A stretch of DNA of 64,000 nucleotides from Candidatus Magasanikiibacteriota bacterium. Lineage in GTDB: Bacteria; Patescibacteriota; Patescibacteriia; Magasanikbacterales; GWA2-37-8. The DNA is taken from NCBI GenBank assembly GCA_963840935.1, contig CAWJAS010000001.1, forward strand, positions 448,875-512,874, read 5' to 3'. A program made the translations under genes and the position numbers. Positions 48,318 to 56,208 of this stretch are shown here, piece by piece. The notes beneath the pieces were generated by a model, which saw only the letters and a list, made by a program, of their open reading frames with translations, did no database searches and had not been told where the DNA came from. The number at the start of each line of letters is the position of its first letter. The first letter of the stretch is position 1.

Positions 48318-48929
48318 ATGAATATTGATTTCAAAAATGTCATCAAACATTATGCCGGAAGAACAAATGAAAAAATGAAGGAGGTTTTAATGAGCCCGGA
48401 TGCTCCTGCGCCGGAAATTCATTATTATATGATTCGTGGCGGTAAAGACCAAAAAAACATTACCGTCTGGGAACCTGGTACAGTGAACGGCGAATATATT
48501 AAAACATATGGGCATTATCATGTGGGAGAACTTGATGAAACATACGAAATTTTGATGGGCGAGGGTGTTGCCTTACTTCAGAAATTAGCGGTTGATAATG
48601 AAGGGAATCCGATAGCTGATGTTGTTGAAGAATTTAAAGCCATAAAAGTAAAAGCAGGGGATAAAGTATATATGCCTACGGGTTTTGGCCATTTGCTCGC
48701 GAATACTTGCGAAACATATTTTGTAACAGCCGACAATAGTCCGGTTGATTTTGAAGACAGAGACCCTGCCGGTTTGCCGGGCCACGCTGATTATGAACCG
48801 GTAAAGAAAATGCGCGGGTTTGCCTATTACGTGATTGATCACGATGGTGAACCGGTTCTTGTAAAAAATGATTTGTATAAAGAAATAAAAAACACCGATT
48901 TTGGCGGTTTGCAGGTGATAAAAAAATAA
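48318..48929 (+). CDS. Cupin-type phosphoglucose isomerase-like protein (archaeal cPGI family)
   Basis: Matches the cPGI signatures TX3P...GXE...TXGHXH...EXY (TVWEPGTVNGEY-IKTYGHYHVGELDETYEI) and a P...H...N motif (MPTGFGHLLAN). Confidence 0.55.
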   Translation: MNIDFKNVIKHYAGRTNEKMKEVLMSPDAPAPEIHYYMIRGGKDQKNITVWEPGTVNGEYIKTYGHYHVGELDETYEILMGEGVALLQKLAVDNEGNPIADVVEEFKAIKVKAGDKVYMPTGFGHLLANTCETYFVTADNSPVDFEDRDPAGLPGHADYEPVKKMRGFAYYVIDHDGEPVLVKNDLYKEIKNTDFGGLQVIKK

Positions 48930-48951
48930 CAACTTGAAAATAAGTTGTTAT

Positions 48952-49138
48952 TCGTCGGGGTGACAGGACTTGGTCTCGACTCTCGTCGGCTTCCGCCTCC
49001 TCGGTCTGACCACCGCCTCGCGGTCGCGCCTCCCAAATAGTCGGCGCGACATCGCTCCGGCGTTCAAGTCCAAAAGCGACGCAAACTATTGCGTCGCTTC
49101 ATCCCTCCTCACTTTGTTCGTCGGGGTGACAGGACTTG
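48952..49138 (-). repeat. tRNA-flank structured element, copy 1, with its flanking 21-nt direct repeats TCGTCGGGGTGACAGGACTTG (48952-48972 and 49118-49138), which duplicate the 3' end of tRNA-Pro(CGG)
   Basis: Direct repeats read from the sequence. The internal 56-nt block at 49010-49065 is identical to a block in copy 2. GC-rich stems are present (GTCGCGCC...GGCGCGAC). Confidence 0.6.
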
Positions 49139-49194
49139 AACCTGCGGCCTCGTCGTCCCGAACGACGCGCTCTAGCCAACTGAGCTACACCCCG
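49121..49194 (-). tRNA. tRNA-Pro (anticodon CGG)
   Basis: Manual cloverleaf fold: 7-bp acceptor, D-arm GCTC/GAGC, anticodon stem CGTCG/CGACG with loop UUCGGGA, and a T-arm. 74 nt, no encoded CCA. Confidence 0.85.
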
Positions 49195-49280
49195 AATTGA
49201 ATGAAATCAGTATAGTAAATATATGGTCTATTGTCAACTGCGAACAATATAAAAAAGTAATATTTTTAGTGATATATTTT

Positions 49281-49310
49281 TCAACACTTCACCCTAGGGT
49301 GAAGTGTTGA
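49281..49310. other. Perfect 30-bp palindrome TCAACACTTCACCC-TA-GGGTGAAGTGTTGA in an AT-rich spacer
   Basis: Read directly from the sequence. Confidence 0.6.
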
Positions 49311-49336
49311 ATTTTGCTAACCTGAGGCATCGTTCA

Positions 49337-49608
49337 TCGGGCTAGCGGGACTCGAACCCGCGGTCTCATTTTTCACATTCTCCAATTTGTCGGGCTAGCG
49401 GGACTCGGCTTCGGCTCAAATTTTCTTCCGAAAATTTGGCCTAGCCACCGCCTCGCGGTCGCGCCTCCCAAATAGTCGGCGCGACATCGCTCCGGCGTTC
49501 TCGTCCCGACGCGAGCAAAACTATTTGCTCGCTCTACGCCCCCTCACTTCGTTCGTCGGGCTAGCGGGACTCGAACCCGCGGTCTCATTTTTCACATTCT
49601 CCAATTTG
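49337..49608 (-). repeat. Tandem array: 53-nt unit (tRNA-Pro 3' half plus 20-nt trailer) at 49337-49389, structured element copy 2 at 49390-49555, second 53-nt unit at 49556-49608, immediately followed by intact tRNA-Pro(GGG)
   Basis: The 33-nt tRNA 3' halves (49337-49369 and 49556-49588) are identical to tRNA-Pro(GGG) residues 49609-49641. Element copy 2 begins with a degenerate T-arm in which GGCTTCGGCT replaces GAACCCGCGG. Confidence 0.6.
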
Positions 49609-49682
49609 TCGGGCTAGCGGGACTCGAACCCGCGGTCTCATGCACCCCATGCATGCGCGATAGCCAACTTCGCTATAGCCCG
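49609..49682 (-). tRNA. tRNA-Pro (anticodon GGG)
   Basis: Manual cloverleaf fold: acceptor CGGGCTA/TAGCCCG, anticodon stem CATGC/GCATG with loop AUGGGGU (G37), T-arm GCGGG/CCCGC. 74 nt. Confidence 0.85.
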
Positions 49683-49800
49683 ACAAATTGTCCAATGTGA
49701 AAACCTGGGTTTTTCGGTTTGCTTCGCAAACATCTAAAAACCCGTTCTCGCCGTCGCGAGTGAAACTGTTCACTCGCTCGCTTTAAGCGACGGCTCAAAC

Positions 49801-49838
49801 CCCCATGCATGCGCGATAGCCAACTTCGCTATAGCCCG
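49801..49838 (-). repeat. Duplicate of the 5' 38 nt of tRNA-Pro(GGG) (acceptor 5' strand through the anticodon loop), about 118 nt upstream of the intact gene on the tRNA strand
   Basis: 38/38 identity with 49645-49682. The spacer contains a long hairpin (GCCGTCGC...GCGACGGC) followed by a T-run. Confidence 0.6.
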
Positions 49839-50003
49839 TTTGAGTGAGAGTAAAAAGCAAGAAAACTTGCATATTACCGAGCGAGGGCGGGTTATATGAA
49901 ATATAGCTCGGTACATGTATATTTTGGGCAATTTTAGCACATGTTTATTTTCTTTTCAAGCTTTTGGTTTTATGCTATAATATAGCTCTAATTACTATAT
50001 AAT

Positions 50004-51038
50004 ATGATTGATATAAATAAATACTTTCGAGAGGCGATAAAACAAGGCGCTTCAGATTTACATTTGGTTGGCGGTGAAATTCCCATGCTTCGTGTTCACG
50101 GCGAACTCAGTGAATTGGAGCAAAAACCAATGAATAACGCTTTTTTGAATAACGCCATATATAAAATTTTATCTCCGGTTCAGCAAAAAAAATACGAGGA
50201 ACACAAAGAGCTTGATTTTGCCTATGAAATTGATGGAATTCGTTTTAGAGTCAATTTGCACCAACAATCAGAAAATATCGGGTTGTCTGCTCGCGTTATT
50301 CCCATGGAAATTCCCACGCCGGAGGAATTGCGAATAGACGGCGAATTATTGGCATTGTCAGAAGCTTATGATGGCTTGGTTTTGGTTACCGGCCCAACCG
50401 GATGCGGAAAGTCGACCACCCTTGCTTGTTTAATTGAAGAAATTAATAAAAATAGAAAAGCGCACATCATCACCATTGAGGACCCGATTGAGTTTATGTT
50501 TAAAGATAAAAAAAGTTTGATTGAACAGCGTGAGGTCGGCAGGGATACTGATTCTTTTGCCTCGGCGCTTAAGCATGTTTTGCGTCAAGACCCCAATGTG
50601 ATTTTGGTTGGAGAAATGCGTGACCCGGAAACAATCGCCACGGTTTTGACTGCAGCTGAAACCGGTCATCTGGTATTTTCAACTTTACATACTCCGAGCG
50701 CCGCCGAAGCCGTAGAAAGAATCGTTGATGTTTTTGAGGGTCCAAAGCAAAAACAAATATTAATTCAGTTAGCGTCCGTATTGCGTGCTGTGGTTGCGCA
50801 GGATTTATTGCCGGCAAAAGGAGGCGGTAGAATTCCGGCCAGAGAAATACTTATTAATACTCCGGCTATCTCCAATTTAATAATGGAAAATAATATCTCT
50901 CAAATAAAATCAATGATTCAAATTGGAGCAAAAGAGGGTATGAGCACGATGGAAAATTCACTAAAAAAATTAGTTGATGAAAATTTAATTGATGAAGAAA
51001 TAGCTTATCGCAGAATGGGCAAGAGTAAAAAGATTTAA
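50004..51038 (+). CDS. pilT: Type IV pilus retraction ATPase PilT
   Basis: PilT N-terminal signature and Walker A GPTGCGKSTT. Asp box and His box present. Confidence 0.9.
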   Translation: MIDINKYFREAIKQGASDLHLVGGEIPMLRVHGELSELEQKPMNNAFLNNAIYKILSPVQQKKYEEHKELDFAYEIDGIRFRVNLHQQSENIGLSARVIPMEIPTPEELRIDGELLALSEAYDGLVLVTGPTGCGKSTTLACLIEEINKNRKAHIITIEDPIEFMFKDKKSLIEQREVGRDTDSFASALKHVLRQDPNVILVGEMRDPETIATVLTAAETGHLVFSTLHTPSAAEAVERIVDVFEGPKQKQILIQLASVLRAVVAQDLLPAKGGGRIPAREILINTPAISNLIMENNISQIKSMIQIGAKEGMSTMENSLKKLVDENLIDEEIAYRRMGKSKKI

Positions 51039-51039
51039 T

Positions 51040-52476
51040 ATGATGAGCGTGGAAAAAATATTAAAAAAAATTTCTACTGTTTCCAAAAAAAATAAAATTC
51101 CCGTTTATATTGTCGGTGGGTTCGTCAGAGATTTGATGATGGGAGTCCCTCAAAAAAAAGACATAGATTTTGTGATTGAAGGTAGTGGTATAAAATTTGC
51201 CGAACTGTTTGATGAATCCATGAAAAAAGTAGGTAGTTTGATTAAATTTTCTGATTTTGATACGGCCAGATATATTATTGATGATAAAAAAGGGGATAGC
51301 TTGATTTTGGAGTTCGCGGGGGCAAGAAGCGAATCATACACAGCGGAATCTCGCAAGCCAAAGGTGGTTTCAGCAACTCTTCAAAGTGATTTATCCAGAC
51401 GTGATTTTCGAATTAACGCCATGGCAGTTCCAGTTGAAGTGTATTCGGGAATAAAAAAACCGACTTTAGTTGAAATCAAAAAAAAATTAATTGACCCTTT
51501 TGATGGAACACAAGACATAAAGAATAAGATTTTGGTGACGCCTCTTGATCCAGACCAGACATTTAGTGATGACCCACTGCGCATGTTGCGGGCTGTTCGT
51601 TTTGCCGCTCAATTGAATTTTGGTATTGATAAGAAAGTTTTGGAATCAATCCATAAAAATTGCAATCGTCTTAAAATTGTTTCAGCCGAAAGAATTCAAG
51701 AAGAATTATTCAAATTAATGTCTTGTGTCAGCCCGTCAGTAGGTTTAATTTTAATGTTTCAGACCGGTCTTTTGGATACTATTTTGCCTGAAGTGTCCGC
51801 GCTCGACGGGGTTGAAGAGGTTTATGGGCACCAGCATAAAAATAATTTATTTCACACATTCAAGGTTGTTGATAATATCGCGGAAAGGTCAGATAAAATT
51901 CTACTCCGGCTCGCCGGTTTATTTCATGACATTGGCAAAACATCAACAAAAAAATTTCTGCCTAAAATTGGATGGACTTTTTACCAGCATGAACACGTCG
52001 GCCGAAAAATGGTATCTCAAATAGCCAAACGCCTGCATTTGTCGAATGATGACGCCGATTATTTGCGCAAATTAGTCAGATGGCACCAACAGCCGATTTC
52101 ACTCATGGACGAGGGGATTACCGATTCGGCCGTAAGGCGAATAATTGTAAATTTGGGTGATGAACTTGATGATTTGCTTATTTTGGGTCGTTCAGATATT
52201 ACCACCGGCAATCCATCAAAAAAATCAATTCGTTTAAAAAATTACGATAAATTGGAAAAACGCATTGCGGAGGTTCTTGAGAAAGATAAACTTCGCGCTT
52301 TTCAATCACCGGTCAGAGGCGATGAAATAATGAAGGTTTGCGGGTTGAATGCCGGCCCGATCGTTGGTAAAATAAAAAAAGAAATAGAAGAAGCGATTCT
52401 TGACGGAATTATTCCAAATGAGTATCAACCGGCCTATGATTATATGGTCAAAATAAAAAATAAATATTTAAAATAA
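51040..52476 (+). CDS. cca: CCA-adding tRNA nucleotidyltransferase / poly(A) polymerase with HD domain
   Basis: Pol-beta head (GGFVRDLMMG...DIDF). HD motif (HDIGK). Confidence 0.85.
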   Translation: MMSVEKILKKISTVSKKNKIPVYIVGGFVRDLMMGVPQKKDIDFVIEGSGIKFAELFDESMKKVGSLIKFSDFDTARYIIDDKKGDSLILEFAGARSESYTAESRKPKVVSATLQSDLSRRDFRINAMAVPVEVYSGIKKPTLVEIKKKLIDPFDGTQDIKNKILVTPLDPDQTFSDDPLRMLRAVRFAAQLNFGIDKKVLESIHKNCNRLKIVSAERIQEELFKLMSCVSPSVGLILMFQTGLLDTILPEVSALDGVEEVYGHQHKNNLFHTFKVVDNIAERSDKILLRLAGLFHDIGKTSTKKFLPKIGWTFYQHEHVGRKMVSQIAKRLHLSNDDADYLRKLVRWHQQPISLMDEGITDSAVRRIIVNLGDELDDLLILGRSDITTGNPSKKSIRLKNYDKLEKRIAEVLEKDKLRAFQSPVRGDEIMKVCGLNAGPIVGKIKKEIEEAILDGIIPNEYQPAYDYMVKIKNKYLK

Positions 52477-52493
52477 GTAATTCTTGATATTTT

Positions 52494-54236
52494 ATGTTTG
52501 TTGTCAAAAGAAAAAAAACATTAATTGCGGTTGTGATTGCCGTTTTATTAATCGGCGTAGTTGTTTATGGCCAATATCAAAAAGCTAACGCCCCGACTGA
52601 ATATGAAACAGCCGTGGCTCTTAGAGGCGATGTGATTCAAACCGTTGAGGCCACTGGTAAAATCACTTCTTCCGATGATATTAAACTTCGCTTTGAAATG
52701 GGTGGAATAATTAAAGAGATTAAAGTAAAAGAAGGAGACGTAGTAAAAAACGGCGATATTTTGATGACTTTAAAATCAGCGGAACTTGATGCGGCGGTGG
52801 CTCAGGCTTCGGCAAACTTGAATCAGAGATTGGCCGGTGCGACAAAAGAAGATATCGCTTTTTATCAATCCGCCGCAGATTTGGCTAAAGCATCGCTTGA
52901 CGCCACAATAGCGGATAAAGATTATTCAATAGCCACAGCGGAAAGCGCGGTTCAAAATGCATTAAATAATTTAAAATTGGCCGATGGGGGTGAAAATAGC
53001 GTTATAGTTACAAACGCTTACGAAAGCGCTGTTGCTGTTTTGCAAAGCAGTTTATCTGTGATTGAAAATTCCGTCACTCAGGCTGATAATATTTTGGGTG
53101 TAGACAATATGCTCGCGAATGATGATTTTGAACAATATTTGTCTTCGCTTGATACAAGCATATTATTTTCCGCAAAAGATTATTATCAAATAGTCAGCGC
53201 CAAAGTACCGACAATTAGAATCGAAATTACGGGCATAACCAATTTATCGTCAAAAACTTTGATTGATGAAGAGCTTAATAAAGTTGAATCAATCCTTAGT
53301 GAGTGTGTTCAGCTACTCTCGCTAACGCGCGATGTGTTAAATGCCACTGCCCCGGTCGGAACATTAACTCAATCAGCTTTGGATACCAAAAAAACAACCA
53401 TAGAGTCTGCTAGAACTAGCGCCACCAGTCAATACAATACAGTTATAAACACTCGTCAAAATATAATTACAGCCAAAAATAGTTATTCAAGCTATCTGAT
53501 AGCATATGAAAAAGCGGTCAGGGACTTGGAAAATGTGAAGAAAACGGCAGAGACAAATATCGCCATGAAAGAGGCTTCATATAATCAAGCGCTCGCAAAT
53601 TTGAATTCTAAGTTGAACCCTCCTCGTGAAGTCGATGTGGCCGCTTTACGCGCTGTTTTGTCGCAAACCTTGGCTAATAGGGCTAAAACGATTTTGAAAG
53701 CGCCGATTGACGGAACAATAACGAAGATACACAAAAAAATAGGTGAATATGTTTCCATGACGGAAATTGCTATTGAAATTTTATCTCCTCATTATGAAAT
53801 AGAAGTTGATATTCCAGAGACAGATGTGGTAAAACTTAATCTTAATAATTCATCAACTATTACTCTTGACGCGTTTGGCGATGATGTTAAATTTACGGGC
53901 CACGTAATTTCAATTGAACCCGCTTCAACGGTTATTCAAGATGTGGTCTATTACAGAGTCAAGGTAGCCATCGATGAAACAGAAAATGAAATTATGCCCG
54001 GCATGACCGCAAACGTTACTATTAATACAGATGTCGCGGTGGATGTGGTTTATATTCCAAGCAGGTCGGTGAGAACGGACGATGATGGAAATAAATATGT
54101 GAAATTATTAAAAGATGGGAACGAAGTGGATACGCCGGTTACTTTGGGTTTAAAAGCCGACAATGGACTAGTGGAAATTACCGAAGGCGTAAATGAAGGT
54201 GACACGGTGATTATTAGAGTTATTGAAAAAAAATAA
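52494..54236 (+). CDS. Periplasmic adaptor subunit (HlyD/MacA-like) with an unusually long alpha-helical hairpin
   Basis: N-terminal TM segment, biotinyl-lipoyl-like halves, long coiled coil, and a C-terminal beta-barrel/MP domain. Confidence 0.78.
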   Translation: MFVVKRKKTLIAVVIAVLLIGVVVYGQYQKANAPTEYETAVALRGDVIQTVEATGKITSSDDIKLRFEMGGIIKEIKVKEGDVVKNGDILMTLKSAELDAAVAQASANLNQRLAGATKEDIAFYQSAADLAKASLDATIADKDYSIATAESAVQNALNNLKLADGGENSVIVTNAYESAVAVLQSSLSVIENSVTQADNILGVDNMLANDDFEQYLSSLDTSILFSAKDYYQIVSAKVPTIRIEITGITNLSSKTLIDEELNKVESILSECVQLLSLTRDVLNATAPVGTLTQSALDTKKTTIESARTSATSQYNTVINTRQNIITAKNSYSSYLIAYEKAVRDLENVKKTAETNIAMKEASYNQALANLNSKLNPPREVDVAALRAVLSQTLANRAKTILKAPIDGTITKIHKKIGEYVSMTEIAIEILSPHYEIEVDIPETDVVKLNLNNSSTITLDAFGDDVKFTGHVISIEPASTVIQDVVYYRVKVAIDETENEIMPGMTANVTINTDVAVDVVYIPSRSVRTDDDGNKYVKLLKDGNEVDTPVTLGLKADNGLVEITEGVNEGDTVIIRVIEKK

Positions 54237-54237
54237 C

Positions 54238-54960
54238 ATGGAATTAATTAAAGTCGAAAAATTAAAAAAAAGTTTTGTTAATGAAGGTGTCGAAACGTCC
54301 GTTTTGCATGGAATTGATTTTGTAATTGAAAAGGGCGAATTCGTGGCCATTATGGGACCGTCCGGTTCCGGCAAATCCACCTTAATGCATATTTTGGGAT
54401 TTTTGGATAAGTTAACCGAAGGTAAATTCTATTTTGATGGTCGTGATGTTAGCAAGCTTGATGACGATGAATTGGCAAAAATGAGGAGCGACAAAGTCGG
54501 TTTTATTTTCCAGGCTTTTAATTTACTACCCAGAACGACCGTGTTTGAAAATGTAATTTTACCGCTCGCTTATACGGATTTGCCTGAAAGCGCCCAAATT
54601 AAAGAAGCTAAACAGGTTATTGAATCAGTTGGGCTTTCTCATAGAATTAATTACACACCCGGGCAATTATCAGGCGGTGAAAAACAGCGAGTGGCAATTG
54701 CTCGGGCGCTTGTTAACGAGCCCTCAATTATCTTTGCCGATGAACCGACGGGTAATCTTGATTCAAAGTCCGGTTTGCAAATAATGAAATTACTTCAAAA
54801 TTTGAACAAACAAGGCCACACAATTATTTTGGTTACTCACGAAAGATATACCGCCGAACACGCCAAAAGAATTATCAAGCTCAAAGACGGTATAATTGTC
54901 TCTGATGAAGAAGTAAAAAATAGATTAAATGCCGATGGCGCCGAGGAATTGGTAAAATAG
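54238..54960 (+). CDS. ABC transporter ATP-binding protein (MacB/LolD-type)
   Basis: Walker [10 protein letters not shown], signature LSGGEKQR, Walker B IIFADEPT. Confidence 0.92.
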   Translation: MELIKVEKLKKSFVNEGVETSVLHGIDFVIEKGEFVAIMGPSGSGKSTLMHILGFLDKLTEGKFYFDGRDVSKLDDDELAKMRSDKVGFIFQAFNLLPRTTVFENVILPLAYTDLPESAQIKEAKQVIESVGLSHRINYTPGQLSGGEKQRVAIARALVNEPSIIFADEPTGNLDSKSGLQIMKLLQNLNKQGHTIILVTHERYTAEHAKRIIKLKDGIIVSDEEVKNRLNADGAEELVK

Positions 54961-54966
54961 CGAAAT

Positions 54967-56208
54967 ATGAATTTTTTGAAGACAATGCGTTCAGTGCTTT
55001 TGCTGATTGGTCGCAATAAAATGCGGTCATTTTTAACTATGCTTGGAATAATTATCGGAATTATGGCCGTCATCGTTATCATGTCTGTTGGAGCAGGCGC
55101 GCAGAGCCTGATTCTCAATCAAATAAAAAGCATGGGTACAAATTTGATTGGAATATTGCCGGGTAAATCAGATGAAAACGGCGGACCACCGGCCTCTGTT
55201 TATGGTATTACCATTACAACATTAAAATATGATGACGTGAGAGCAATTATTTCAAAAAATAATCCGCATATTTCATCTATCGCGGTTTATGTGCGCGGAG
55301 TCGATACGTTGGTTTCTGGTGATAGAAAAATCGATACAACTTTTATAGGCACGTCTGCGGATTTGCCTGACGTGGAAGAAACATCAGTCGCGAGCGGAAG
55401 ATTTTTTTCTGCTGAAGAAGAAAGAACAACGGCCAGAGTCGTTGTTTTGGGAGACCAGGTGGCCAGAGATTTATTTTTAGACGAAAATCCCATTGGCAGA
55501 ACGATAAAAATTAAAAAAACCAATTTTAATGTAATAGGAGTGATGAAAAAAAGAGGTACGGTTGGGTTTCAAAATCAAGATAATCAAGTCTATGTGCCGG
55601 TAACGGCGGCGCAAAAATTATTGCTTGGCATTGATTATTTAAGCATGGCAAGGGCAAAAATTGACAATGAGAATAATATCGACCAGGCTATACAATTCAT
55701 GGGAGATATATTGAGAGACCGCCATGACATAAGCAAGCCGGCGGATGATGATTTTACCATTCAAGCAATGGCGCAAGGAGTTGACGCCCTTGCAAACGTT
55801 ACCAATGCTCTGCGCTTGTTTTTAACATTTGTGGCCGCTATCGCTCTGCTTGTCGGCGGTATCGGAATTATGAACATTATGCTTGCGGCGGTTGAAGAAA
55901 GGACCAAAGAAATAGGGCTTCGAAAAGCGCTTGGAGCCCGAAAGCGTCATATTATTTCACAATTTTTGGTTGAAACGGTAATGATAACACTAATGGGTGG
56001 AATAATTGGAATTATTTTGGGAGTCGGGATATCATTTTCCGTGGCGCGTATTGCTCAAAATATGGGTTATAATTGGGATTTTTTAATCTCTCCACTTTCA
56101 ATATTACTTGCCACCGGTGTTTCGATAAGTTTGGGGATAATTTTTGGTTTATCACCGGCGAACAAAGCCAGCAAATTAAATCCGGTTGATGCTTTACGGT
56201 ATGAATAA
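54967..56208 (+). CDS. ABC transporter permease (MacB-type periplasmic domain plus FtsX)
   Basis: N-terminal TM segment, large periplasmic domain, and a C-terminal FtsX 3-TM bundle. Confidence 0.85.
   Translation: MNFLKTMRSVLLLIGRNKMRSFLTMLGIIIGIMAVIVIMSVGAGAQSLILNQIKSMGTNLIGILPGKSDENGGPPASVYGITITTLKYDDVRAIISKNNPHISSIAVYVRGVDTLVSGDRKIDTTFIGTSADLPDVEETSVASGRFFSAEEERTTARVVVLGDQVARDLFLDENPIGRTIKIKKTNFNVIGVMKKRGTVGFQNQDNQVYVPVTAAQKLLLGIDYLSMARAKIDNENNIDQAIQFMGDILRDRHDISKPADDDFTIQAMAQGVDALANVTNALRLFLTFVAAIALLVGGIGIMNIMLAAVEERTKEIGLRKALGARKRHIISQFLVETVMITLMGGIIGIILGVGISFSVARIAQNMGYNWDFLISPLSILLATGVSISLGIIFGLSPANKASKLNPVDALRYE

Noticed and set aside
48970-49200. Plus-strand ORF (76 aa) running through the tRNA-Pro(CGG) region
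   Set aside because: It spans a tRNA gene and GC-rich structured repeats and has no start context. It is an artefact of GC-rich sequence.
48952-49850. Possible CRISPR array suggested by the many direct repeats
   Set aside because: The repeats are irregular in length (17-53 nt) and spacing. They are derived from tRNA 3' and 5' halves, and no cas genes are nearby. The pattern fits integration scars or structured elements rather than CRISPR.
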